Shown here: positions 37,869 to 47,391 of the stretch, piece by piece
How positions within the stretch are numbered: the first letter of the stretch is position 1
How the letters are laid out: every line of letters begins with the position of its first letter
From: a virus
IMG/VR virus record: IMGVR_UViG_3300044904_000300
Location: 32,001 to 96,000 of that record
Length of the DNA: 64,000 bases
Direction: 5' to 3' (one strand)
Notes under the pieces: generated by a model
The model's input: only the letters and a program-made list of their open reading frames with translations
What the model was told of the DNA's origin: nothing
The model's database searches: none
Translations under genes and position numbers: made by a program

Positions 37869-40844
37869 ATGCAGTATATTCCACCCACCCTTCCTATTGC
37901 GAACATCTCAGTCGCCAATACGACGCACGATCTTGTGGACCGGGTGCAAACGGTCGTGGACTACCTGAATGGGAACCCTATTGGGACGAGTGGAAATACT
38001 GAGACCTCAAACAACGCACTCCACCTGGGTGGCAAACTTGAAGGCGACCTTAACGTCAATAGCGCGATAACGGCCAACAGCGCCAATACTGCACTTACGG
38101 CCAACAACAGCACGTATGCGTTTGGGCTCTCACAGAACCAGTTGAACGTCAATAGCGCGAACACCGCGAACGATGCTGCATATCTCGGTGGCCACGCGGC
38201 CAACACCTATCTCTATCCCGTCTCAAATACTACTCCCGCAAATGGACAGACGCTCTATTGGAGTGCTGCGAATAGTAACTGGTACCCTGCGGACCCGTCC
38301 GGTAACGTAACTGCGCTTGACGCAAACAACGCGAACTACTTGAATACGCATTCCGAGGCGCAACTCAACGTCAACAGCGCGGTGACTGCGAACAGCGCGA
38401 ATACGGCCAACCTTGCAAACTACATTATTGCAAACACCGGGATTATCTCTAACGCTTATGGTGTGTTCGTCAACGCGGCTTACATCAATACCATCGCCGC
38501 CAATAGTGCTACAAATGCTCTGACTGCGAATAACAGCACCTATGCGTTCGGGTTGTCGCAAAACCAACTCAACGTCAATAGTGCTATCTCTGCGAACACC
38601 GCAAACAACAGCACCTATGCGTTTGGAAAGTCGGAAGCCGGGCTCAACGTCAATAGCGCAGTAACCGCCAACAGCGCCAATAGTGCGCTCACGGCTAATG
38701 ATAGCACCTATGCGTTTGGAAAGAGTGAGTCGGCCCTTAGCGTCAACGTAGCTCTCACCGCCAATAACAGCACCTATGCGTTTGGTAAGAGCGAAGCTGG
38801 GCTCAACGTCAATAGCGCATCGTCTGCTGTCACGGCCAACACCGCGAACAACAGCACCTATGCGTTCGGCAAAAGCGAAGCTGGGCTCAACGTCAATAGC
38901 GCAGTAACCGCCAACAGCGCCAACACCGCCAATAACAGCACCTATGCGTTCGGTAAGTCAGAGGGAGCACTTAACGTCAATAGTGCTGTGAGCGCCAACA
39001 CCTCAAATAACAGCAGTTACCTTGGAGGCTACGCCTCGTCTGCATTCGTGCGCCCCTTCACGGGGTCTCCGTCTGACGGGCAGGTTCTGACCTGGAACGG
39101 GTCGGGGAGCACATGGTTCCCGGGAGCCGGAGGTTCTGGCGCACCACATGCGATCCTCAGCAATACGCACACGGACGCAAACGTCGCAACGGCTCAAAAC
39201 GGCGACCTCATTATGGCCGAGGGAGGTTCAAGTAACCTCACGACGTATAGCACGACCTATACGTGGCTGTGGACATCTGGTGTGGAGAGTTGGACCGGAG
39301 TAACCGCAAATACGGGTGATGGGTGCGTGCAGATCGCGAATGCTGCGATTACAGGAGCAGGTACCGCACCAGCAAATGTCGCATATTCATGGACGTGGCC
39401 CGCAGGAACTGCAAATGGATGGGGTGGATGGGGAGCACTTTCGCTGGGTTTTGATGTTGGGTACCTGGACATCTCGGCGGGGCCCTTTGGTGTTCCCGAC
39501 GACACGGAGACTATTGATGGTGGCGCCTCTATTTCATTTGCGTGGACCGCGTTGGGTGTTCCCGGCGGTGCGAATGTTACGTCTGTTGCATTAGCGTTCA
39601 ACAGACAGCGTATTGCTTCACTACACCTTGATACACCGTCCTTTGGTTTCTATTTGGTGGACGGGTCAAACAATAACATTCTCACAAGTAATCTCGCACT
39701 TGGTGGATACTCCTGGGTTACCAACGCGACTGATGGTTCGCCTGTTCCTGTTGGTCCCTCAACAAACGCTGCTATTGGATCGTCGTATCAAGCCGCCGCT
39801 ACTACGGTCACGCTTCGTTTGGACGGAGAGGTAAGCAGTCACATAGCTAAAACAGACTGCATGTTGGACATTCAGTTCTCGAACGTCACGTTGATCGTGA
39901 ACTACACGACAAGTTCTGGCAACCTTTCCGGGAAGTATCTGGTCACTGCGGCCGGTCCGGTGATGGCGTGGACGGACTTGGGTGTGCCCGCAAACGCCTC
40001 TGTTACCGCGGTCAAACTCATAGGACTGGACCGTAAGGTCGGGTCCGCTAACGACATCGCCAATAACATCCTGACGCTTGGGATCTCTCCTGCGGGGAAC
40101 ACCACCGCAACAGTCCTAGCAGGCACGTCAAACCTAGCGAGCTATACGCTTCCCAACACCGCAGGGTCGTTCAGCACACTTTCGGCGGGAAGTAATACCG
40201 CGGTGTCGAGCCTCTATAGTAACTCCAGTTCATCGGTGCAGATGACTCTTGGACTGGATGTAATCTCCGGGTCCTCGGGTGGGGGCGTCATCATCGATGA
40301 GTTTAAGAACCTCGGACTGCTCATTTACTATGCACTTGGAACGACAGTCGGTGCGGTGTGGTCCCGTGTTCCTATCGGCACGAACGGACAGATCTTCACT
40401 AGCAACGGAACACTCGGTGGATGGACGACACTTTCCTATGTGGGCCCGTTCACAGGAACACCCGCAAACGCCCAAGTTCTGACCTGGAACGCAGCCGGAA
40501 GCACTTGGTATCCCGCAAACTCATCGGGGGGAACGACTACCCCGGTCGATGACGGGAACAGCGGAACCTCGATCACAATCAACTGGAGCACGGGGTCAAC
40601 GCACTACTTGAAGATGACCGGGAACTGCACCTTGGCGTTCTCAAATCCAACTGACGGGGGCCGCTATACGCTCCTCGCCAACTCGGGGGCGGGTGGTTTT
40701 GTGATGACGTGGCCGGCCAACGTGAAGTGGGGTCTTGGTGGACAGCCCCTCAACAGCCAGGTCACCAACGTCAACGACCTCTTTACGATGGTGTATCGCT
40801 CCAGCGCCAACGTCTACTTTATGAGCTACAACTTGGGGTATTAG
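37869..40844 (+). CDS. Tail fibre / fibre-like protein with tandem repeats
   Basis: Ala/Asn/Ser/Thr-rich repeats, two W..LGVP..ANVT domains, C-terminal domain shared with the 45671 ORF. Confidence 0.8.
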   Translation: MQYIPPTLPIANISVANTTHDLVDRVQTVVDYLNGNPIGTSGNTETSNNALHLGGKLEGDLNVNSAITANSANTALTANNSTYAFGLSQNQLNVNSANTANDAAYLGGHAANTYLYPVSNTTPANGQTLYWSAANSNWYPADPSGNVTALDANNANYLNTHSEAQLNVNSAVTANSANTANLANYIIANTGIISNAYGVFVNAAYINTIAANSATNALTANNSTYAFGLSQNQLNVNSAISANTANNSTYAFGKSEAGLNVNSAVTANSANSALTANDSTYAFGKSESALSVNVALTANNSTYAFGKSEAGLNVNSASSAVTANTANNSTYAFGKSEAGLNVNSAVTANSANTANNSTYAFGKSEGALNVNSAVSANTSNNSSYLGGYASSAFVRPFTGSPSDGQVLTWNGSGSTWFPGAGGSGAPHAILSNTHTDANVATAQNGDLIMAEGGSSNLTTYSTTYTWLWTSGVESWTGVTANTGDGCVQIANAAITGAGTAPANVAYSWTWPAGTANGWGGWGALSLGFDVGYLDISAGPFGVPDDTETIDGGASISFAWTALGVPGGANVTSVALAFNRQRIASLHLDTPSFGFYLVDGSNNNILTSNLALGGYSWVTNATDGSPVPVGPSTNAAIGSSYQAAATTVTLRLDGEVSSHIAKTDCMLDIQFSNVTLIVNYTTSSGNLSGKYLVTAAGPVMAWTDLGVPANASVTAVKLIGLDRKVGSANDIANNILTLGISPAGNTTATVLAGTSNLASYTLPNTAGSFSTLSAGSNTAVSSLYSNSSSSVQMTLGLDVISGSSGGGVIIDEFKNLGLLIYYALGTTVGAVWSRVPIGTNGQIFTSNGTLGGWTTLSYVGPFTGTPANAQVLTWNAAGSTWYPANSSGGTTTPVDDGNSGTSITINWSTGSTHYLKMTGNCTLAFSNPTDGGRYTLLANSGAGGFVMTWPANVKWGLGGQPLNSQVTNVNDLFTMVYRSSANVYFMSYNLGY
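38043..39027 (+). repeat. Coding tandem repeats of ~22-30 aa (TAN(N/D)STYAFG(K/L)S...LNVNSA)
   Basis: Seven STYAFG units counted; nucleotide core AACAGCACCTATGCGTT...AACGTCAATAGCGC recurs. Confidence 0.9.
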
Positions 40845-40845
40845 A

Positions 40846-41742
40846 ATGTCCTATACGATTAAAACAGCAGGGACATATCCCATCAATAATAACTCTACAA
40901 CATTTGCGGCCTGGGGGTCGCTCATTTCAAATGCGCTGGCTAACTGCGGATGGACGCAGGCCACCGGAGTCGGTACCCAGATTAATTGGAGCACCGTACC
41001 AGTTCCCAACACCGCAGTCCAGTTTCCTGGTTATGAGATTTGGCAAATGAATGATAGCTTGCAGAACACCGCACCCATCTATGTGAAGTTTGAATATGGG
41101 GGATACTCCGCGAACCCGACTATCCCTCGCATTCGTCTTACGCTTGGGGCTGGTGCAAACTCCTCGGGGAACATCACCGGGAACACCTCCTCTGCTTTGG
41201 ATATACAGGATTATACGTTTAGCACATCGTTGTGGCCGTCTTGGTTTTCCGGTGCAAACAACCGTTTTTGTGCTGCGATGTGGGCGGGAGGGGCGGCTGT
41301 TTCGTTGATGTTTACTATCGAACGCACCGTGGATGCCAACGGAACCCCAACAGGAACCGGAGCATTCGTCGCATCCTGGGTTTATAGCGCAGGAAATAAG
41401 CAAGTCGCCTGGACCCCCACAACAGGAAACACCACGGCCATCGAAACGTCATTTGGGTTGTTGATGCCCGATGTAAGTGGTGTCGTCTCGGGGTATACGC
41501 AGGGTGCTGGCCGAATAGGAACGCAACTTGCTTACTATCCGCTGTTTTTTTCCTATGGTCCGTTCTTCCCACCAGGAACGACACTCATGGGTTACTTCAG
41601 CGGAGAATTTACAACCGGAGTACCTTATACGCTTCCTGTTGGGAACACAACGATGACCTACATAGCACTAGGGAACTCATATTGCGCGAACGTCTCTATA
41701 CGGTCGGGTGGGAAATCCGCATTTTTGATGCGGTGGGAATAG
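40846..41742 (+). CDS. Fibre-locus paralog 1 of 5 (unknown function)
   Basis: AWG..ISNALAN.GW, GYEIW.MNDSLQNT.PIY, IERT.DA.G, C-terminal MRWE. Confidence 0.85.
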   Translation: MSYTIKTAGTYPINNNSTTFAAWGSLISNALANCGWTQATGVGTQINWSTVPVPNTAVQFPGYEIWQMNDSLQNTAPIYVKFEYGGYSANPTIPRIRLTLGAGANSSGNITGNTSSALDIQDYTFSTSLWPSWFSGANNRFCAAMWAGGAAVSLMFTIERTVDANGTPTGTGAFVASWVYSAGNKQVAWTPTTGNTTAIETSFGLLMPDVSGVVSGYTQGAGRIGTQLAYYPLFFSYGPFFPPGTTLMGYFSGEFTTGVPYTLPVGNTTMTYIALGNSYCANVSIRSGGKSAFLMRWE

Positions 41743-41743
41743 T

Positions 41744-42622
41744 ATGAGCTATACTTTGTTAACAACCGCGGCGCCAAATAACAGCACGAATGCGCTATTT
41801 GAAGCATGGGGGCAGAGGATCTCGAACACTCTTGCTAACTGTGGATGGGTGCAGGCCACCGGAGTAGGCACGCAGATCAACTGGGCGACTGCTCCGACAC
41901 CGAATGCCACGAACCAGTCTATTGGCTATGAAATCTGGCAGATGAATGATAGCTTGCAGAACACCACACCTATCTACTTGAAGATCGAATACGGGTCTGG
42001 TGGTGGCGCAGCACAACCGGGGTTATGGGTGACGTTGGGCGCCGGCGCAAACTCCTCGGGGAACATTACAGGAAACACATCGACACGGGTTCAAGCGTCC
42101 CTCACGGGAAGTTCGGCAACGGTGTATAACTGCTACTTCTCTGGTGCGAATAACCGTTTTGCGATGGCGATGTATGGCAGCTCGTATGCTTTGATAGTCG
42201 GTGTAGAGCGCACCCTTGACGCAAATGGGACCCCAACATCAACGGGTGCGACTCTCATGTATGGGGACCAAACAACGATACACAACCAGGTGTCGTGGAC
42301 CCCCGCAGCGGGAAACACCACAGCATGGGAAACCTCATGGGGGTTCCTCACACCAGATTCCACGGTGAATAGCGGAGCACCTGGTGGTGAGCCAAGTGCT
42401 ACGCAGTTAGCGTATTATCCGTGCTTCTTCACCGTCGGAGGACCGATGGCCCAGGGTTCGCTATTCCCATGTTATTTCAACGGAGATACCGTCACGGGAA
42501 CCGCGGTTACTCTTCCATTTGGAAACACCACGATGACGTTTATGCCACTTGGAAACACGTTCTTCTATAGTGCATCCGTGCGGGGCACTTATAAAACGGC
42601 TCTCATGATGAGATGGGACTAG
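41744..42622 (+). CDS. Fibre-locus paralog 2 of 5
   Basis: Same conserved blocks; ends MRWD. Confidence 0.85.
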   Translation: MSYTLLTTAAPNNSTNALFEAWGQRISNTLANCGWVQATGVGTQINWATAPTPNATNQSIGYEIWQMNDSLQNTTPIYLKIEYGSGGGAAQPGLWVTLGAGANSSGNITGNTSTRVQASLTGSSATVYNCYFSGANNRFAMAMYGSSYALIVGVERTLDANGTPTSTGATLMYGDQTTIHNQVSWTPAAGNTTAWETSWGFLTPDSTVNSGAPGGEPSATQLAYYPCFFTVGGPMAQGSLFPCYFNGDTVTGTAVTLPFGNTTMTFMPLGNTFFYSASVRGTYKTALMMRWD

Positions 42623-42623
42623 T

Positions 42624-43535
42624 ATGAGCTACACACTTACTGCAAACATGTCGTGTAACGTGACGACGAATACCCAGTTTCGGGCTTGGGGCAGCATTAT
42701 CTCTTACGCGATGGCCAACTCGGGATGGGTGCTGACCGCAAACAGCCTCGATTGGTCATCTGCTCCGGCACCAAACGTGGTTTCGCAGACCGTCGGGTGG
42801 GAGGTCTGGCGCATGAATGACGCGATGCAGAACACCGTTCCTGTCTATCTCTACATCGGGTATGGGTCAACGGCGGCCGCTAACGTCCGTCCTGCGCTGT
42901 ATATGCGCGTTGGTTCGGGGGTCAATACTTCGTTCCTTACAGCGGGTGTCGGTCCTCTGACGGGATTTCTGGGCCCGCAGAGTGGAAACATGCAGTTGCA
43001 GCCCGGGGCAACCAGCACAAATACGACGATGCAGTCTCTGTTCTGCGGGGATACAGGGCGTATGGCGTTCGGGTTATGGTGTCGTGGATCATCCACAAGC
43101 ACCTATGTGTGTTTCTTCTCTATTGAACGCACATGCGATGCGAACGGGAACCCGACAAGCGATGGAGTGTTTGTTATCGACCGTTCGACGGTTTCCCCTT
43201 ACTATAACCAACTCATGTGGCATCCCACGATAGGGCAGATACTATGGGAACCCTCGACCACATCGTTGGCGATACTGAACCCTGCAGCCGGGGGAAGCAC
43301 GTTGGGGTCGAATACCTCGGTCTATCCCGTCTACTTCACGCGAGGTGGCGGTCCATTTCTTCAACCGGGGCTTGGTGTGTTTGCGTATTTTCACCCGGAG
43401 TTTTCAGCAGGGACCGCAAATACATTCTCGGTCTATGGGAGCAACCACACGTTTATGCCCTTGGGGAATACCGCGTGGTATGGTGGGACCGCGCGAAGTA
43501 ATAATAGCATCACTTATATGATGCGGTGGGAATAA
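42624..43535 (+). CDS. Fibre-locus paralog 3 of 5
   Basis: Same blocks (GWEVWRMNDAMQNT, SIERTCDANG); ends MRWE. Confidence 0.85.
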   Translation: MSYTLTANMSCNVTTNTQFRAWGSIISYAMANSGWVLTANSLDWSSAPAPNVVSQTVGWEVWRMNDAMQNTVPVYLYIGYGSTAAANVRPALYMRVGSGVNTSFLTAGVGPLTGFLGPQSGNMQLQPGATSTNTTMQSLFCGDTGRMAFGLWCRGSSTSTYVCFFSIERTCDANGNPTSDGVFVIDRSTVSPYYNQLMWHPTIGQILWEPSTTSLAILNPAAGGSTLGSNTSVYPVYFTRGGGPFLQPGLGVFAYFHPEFSAGTANTFSVYGSNHTFMPLGNTAWYGGTARSNNSITYMMRWE

Positions 43536-43538
43536 CAC

Positions 43539-44408
43539 ATGGCTTCAACTCTTCTTTTTGCAAACAGCTACCCCGAGAACACCGGGAATACGACGTTGCT
43601 TTGTCTGTATGGCGGCGCCATATCGAATGCGTTTGCGAACGCAGGATGGTTGCGGTCGGCCCAGGGCGGACAAATTGACTGGACCTCCGTAACGGGGAAC
43701 GCTTCTATGAGCGCGAACTTTGGCTATGAAATCTGGCAGATGAATGATAGCTTGCAGAACACCACACCTATCTACTTGAAGATCGCGTATCGTAGCGGCG
43801 CCGCCCAGGCCAATACTCCCGCATTTCAGTTCCAGATCGGGAGTGGAACGGATGGAGCAGGCAACCTTATTGGCGTGACGAGCGTGGTGGTCGTCGCGAA
43901 CACGCAGTTGGCAAACCCTACCGCGCAGCCGTGCTTCTTTGTGGGAACTTCTAGTCGTCTTGCGATGGCGTTATGGACGACAGCCACACCCGATACCGGA
44001 TGTATGTTCTTCTCCATCGAACGCACCCATGACGCCGGGGGAAACGATACTGTTGCGGGTGCGATGATGTCGTGTTATGCGTATAATAACAACAGTTTAG
44101 GCTCGCAAATATACTGGTCACCATTAGGAACTCCGGGTAACGCTACAGAGAACTATGGAGTCTTTGCGACGACACTCACATCGACAGGAAACGTCCTGCA
44201 AGTGTATCCGCAATACTATTGCGATGGGCTCTTTACGAACCCGTCGCTCAACATCATTTGGGCGGTAACAGGCACGGTTACACCCTATGCTCCGGTCTCT
44301 ATTCCATTCTATGGTGCGACCCGTCAGTATTTACCGACATTCATCATCAATTCGGCCTCCTACCGAACGGGTACCCTCAACCTGCAACCGATGATCCTTT
44401 GGGAGTAA
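43539..44408 (+). CDS. Fibre-locus paralog 4 of 5
   Basis: Same blocks; ends MILWE. Confidence 0.85.
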   Translation: MASTLLFANSYPENTGNTTLLCLYGGAISNAFANAGWLRSAQGGQIDWTSVTGNASMSANFGYEIWQMNDSLQNTTPIYLKIAYRSGAAQANTPAFQFQIGSGTDGAGNLIGVTSVVVVANTQLANPTAQPCFFVGTSSRLAMALWTTATPDTGCMFFSIERTHDAGGNDTVAGAMMSCYAYNNNSLGSQIYWSPLGTPGNATENYGVFATTLTSTGNVLQVYPQYYCDGLFTNPSLNIIWAVTGTVTPYAPVSIPFYGATRQYLPTFIINSASYRTGTLNLQPMILWE

Positions 44409-44409
44409 C

Positions 44410-45297
44410 ATGGCTTCACTTCTTCTTTCCGGCGCAAGCCTCAGCCCTAACGCTACGGACAATACGACTTGTCGCGCCACCGGAACTGCATACTCAAATG
44501 CCTTCGCAAACGCAGGGTGGATACAAGCTACCGGTGTCGGCACGCAAATCAACTGGGGCACGGTGACGGCGAACGGAACAGCCGGGTCCAACCTGGGATA
44601 CGAAATCTGGCACATGAATGATACGCTGCAGAACACCGCGCCCATCTTTCTCAAGATCGAATATGGATGTCCCACTGGCGGCAGCTTCGGGGGATGGATC
44701 ACTATAGGACAGGGAGCAGATAGTGGGGGAAACATTACAGGATTTAGTTTGCCTCGGTACCCTTTCGGGGGTATGGGGTTCAGCCCGTGGGCGCCAACCC
44801 CTGTGTTCTTCAGCGGAAACTCCAATAGACTCGCTATTGGTTGGAGTTACCCGGGAGTGTCGTCAAATACTGGTTCATACGTGTGGAGTATCGAACGCAC
44901 GCACGATAACTATGGAAACGACACCGCAGATGGGTTTTACTTCCAGGAAATCGGTTCGTTTAACACCTCCTACTGCACACAACGCTATGTGAGCTTTAGT
45001 GCGGGCCCCGGGCCAGCGGAAGGAACCACCGGAGTGTTTATGCCCGCGGCGTCTCAGTCTGGGTTAGGTCCTAAGTTCCTCTGGTACCCTATCTGGTTTA
45101 ATAACGGGGGTATGTACCTTCCCGCGCCCTCACTTATGCTTACCTGCGGGTGGTCCGCGCAATTTGCCGTGCATGTGCCGGTTACGCTTACGCACTTTGG
45201 TCAACCACACACATATTTGCCTCTCTATTGCTATGGACAAACAAATCGTTCGGGGCAAACCGCAAGTGCAACTCGCGCCATGATGTTATGGGAGTAA
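44410..45297 (+). CDS. Fibre-locus paralog 5 of 5
   Basis: Same blocks; ends MMLWE. Confidence 0.85.
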   Translation: MASLLLSGASLSPNATDNTTCRATGTAYSNAFANAGWIQATGVGTQINWGTVTANGTAGSNLGYEIWHMNDTLQNTAPIFLKIEYGCPTGGSFGGWITIGQGADSGGNITGFSLPRYPFGGMGFSPWAPTPVFFSGNSNRLAIGWSYPGVSSNTGSYVWSIERTHDNYGNDTADGFYFQEIGSFNTSYCTQRYVSFSAGPGPAEGTTGVFMPAASQSGLGPKFLWYPIWFNNGGMYLPAPSLMLTCGWSAQFAVHVPVTLTHFGQPHTYLPLYCYGQTNRSGQTASATRAMMLWE

Positions 45298-45301
45298 CGC
45301 T

Positions 45302-45616
45302 ATGGCGATCAACATCAACACCACACCGTCTCAGTTCTCAGGGATTACTTCATTCCCGGCGCCCTCGGTAGTTTCATTTCCGCCTGTAGGAAACGCTGCA
45401 CCCATTCAAATCGCAGGTATATGGAGCCCCGTAAATGCTCCGGTGGGCGACCAACAAATCTATGTCCCTGTCGCGAAGGACCGGATCACCAAGTTCGTTA
45501 TAGGCTTGGGATACGCAGTACCTGGAAGCAGCGGGGTGCAGGTCGCTGCGACGGTCCCAAACTCTAATGCTCTTGCGGAGCGGTACCCGATGATGCCTCC
45601 GTCACTCTTGCCCTAA
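45302..45616 (+). CDS. Hypothetical protein closing the paralog array
   Basis: 104-aa Pro-rich ORF with GGGAG SD, coupled to paralog 5. Confidence 0.65.
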   Translation: MAININTTPSQFSGITSFPAPSVVSFPPVGNAAPIQIAGIWSPVNAPVGDQQIYVPVAKDRITKFVIGLGYAVPGSSGVQVAATVPNSNALAERYPMMPPSLLP

Positions 45617-45619
45617 ATA
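45613..45619 (+). promoter_or_regulatory. Late promoter CTAAATA
   Basis: Upstream of the 45671 fibre gene. Confidence 0.6.
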
Positions 45620-45670
45620 CTCATAGGTGTTTCCAACCGGCAAACCTAACAATACGCGAAAGTAGCTCTT

Positions 45671-47386
45671 ATGGCCTTTGTCAATCTCACGCCGACCTCG
45701 ACATTCACCCAGTGGTATACCTTCACGAACGACATTGGAACGCTCCTCAATGATCAGGTCCTTGCAAACGGTGTGGTGGCGTTCGGGTCCTTTACACTCG
45801 ACCCAACGGGAAACATCAACCTGTGCAATACGTTCTATGCGAATTCCGCGTCGGGTGTCGTCAATGGAAACTTTAGCGTTATCGGGGTTGGTAACACTGT
45901 TTTCTTTGGAAACAACTTCCTGGTTGTCGCTAACACCATCGTCCTCAACCCCGTCACCAGCATCCTCGTCAACACCGCACTCACCGTCAACGCTACCGCA
46001 GCGTTCCTGGCAAACATCACCGCGGTCAACATCGCTTCGTCGGGGACCATCTCTGCTGCAGCACTGCGAGCAGATGGAAACGTCACCGCCAATAACGGGA
46101 CGTTGGTGGCGCGGCAAGTCTCGTTCACCACAAACGGCGCGGTCGTCAATAGCACATTTTCGAGCAACCAGAACGACTACACGACAACGGGACTCGATGA
46201 CGCAGCCGTCTGGTACGCAAATCCCACAGCGGACGTGGTGCTCACGGGGCTACAAGGACATAGCGCAGTTAGCGCAGCAGCGGATGGCGCACGAATGCTC
46301 TTCCTGCAGAACGTCTCCAGCACCAAGAAGATCGTGCTCACACCCGCGAACGGGTCCTCATCCGCGGTCAATCAGTTTGTCGCCAGCGGAGACGTGACCG
46401 TTCTTCCTAATACGACGGTCCTGCTCATCTACACGAAGTCAACCTCGCGGTGGGAAGTCGTCGGGGGGAGTGCGGCGGGAACCTCGGGGTCCTTTACAGA
46501 CTTGACGATTACCGGTGCGTTGGGTGTTGGTGGAGTCGCGACGTTCTCCGCGAACCTTGTAGCGATCCCCCTGTATGTCAACCAGGCGACGGGCCGAGTG
46601 GGGATTGGGTCAGCTACGCCGGGGTATCCTCTTGACGTTGTAGGAAACGCAAACTTCCAAAGTGTCGTATTCGTGAGCGACCTCCGAGCAACGAAACTCT
46701 CCGTCACCAGCAACGTTGCGTTTGCGAACATCGCCTTTGCGGCCAACGGCGTCACGATCTTTTCAAACTACATCACCGTCAACGGGTCCGCGGTGTCTTT
46801 CATCCAGAACCTTGAAGCGGGAACGATACTCAGCGATGCGGGTATCACCGCAACGACCTCGGTGGCGGGTGCATCGGGAGCGTTCGCGGGAGCAGTCACC
46901 GCTAATAGTATGACTGCAAACACGCTCTATGCCAACCTGGTGAGCGCCAACACCGGGACCTTTGGGTCTTTGGGTGTGGTTTCCGCAAGCAACGCGGTCT
47001 TCTCGCGCATCGGTGTGGGTGGCGCGGTTGATGCGAACGCGATAGCCAAGTTTGTGGGTCAGTATTTCTCGCCCCTTGTCGCTGCGGGAAGCACCGGAAC
47101 GACGAAAACCCTGGACTGGAATAACGGAAACGAACAGTATGCGACGATGACGGGGTCCTGTACCTTTACATTCTCCAACCCTGTTCCTGGTGGCCGGTAT
47201 GTGGTTCTCCTCAATACGGGCGCGGGAAGTTTCACTGCGACATGGCCGAGCACCGTGCGGTGGCCTGGTGGAAGTGCACCAACGCTCACGACCGCATCGG
47301 GAAAACTTGATCTCTTTACATTTGTCTGGAACGATACACTCAGTCTCTACTTTGGCAATTATAGCCAGAACTACTCAGCGAGCTAA
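45671..47386 (+). CDS. Fibre-like structural protein
   Basis: T.TF.QW...TN N-terminal anchor motif of T4-like fibres, GRVGIG..TP.Y.LDV.G repeat, C-terminal domain shared with the 37869 ORF. Confidence 0.8.
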   Translation: MAFVNLTPTSTFTQWYTFTNDIGTLLNDQVLANGVVAFGSFTLDPTGNINLCNTFYANSASGVVNGNFSVIGVGNTVFFGNNFLVVANTIVLNPVTSILVNTALTVNATAAFLANITAVNIASSGTISAAALRADGNVTANNGTLVARQVSFTTNGAVVNSTFSSNQNDYTTTGLDDAAVWYANPTADVVLTGLQGHSAVSAAADGARMLFLQNVSSTKKIVLTPANGSSSAVNQFVASGDVTVLPNTTVLLIYTKSTSRWEVVGGSAAGTSGSFTDLTITGALGVGGVATFSANLVAIPLYVNQATGRVGIGSATPGYPLDVVGNANFQSVVFVSDLRATKLSVTSNVAFANIAFAANGVTIFSNYITVNGSAVSFIQNLEAGTILSDAGITATTSVAGASGAFAGAVTANSMTANTLYANLVSANTGTFGSLGVVSASNAVFSRIGVGGAVDANAIAKFVGQYFSPLVAAGSTGTTKTLDWNNGNEQYATMTGSCTFTFSNPVPGGRYVVLLNTGAGSFTATWPSTVRWPGGSAPTLTTASGKLDLFTFVWNDTLSLYFGNYSQNYSAS

Positions 47387-47391
47387 ACACT

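Noticed and set aside
38043-39027. CRISPR-like array
   Set aside because: The repeats are in-frame coding units without unique equal-length spacers.
40846-45297. Diversity-generating retroelement acting on the paralog array
   Set aside because: No reverse transcriptase in the window and no template/variable repeat pair differing only at adenines; the longest shared block is fully identical.
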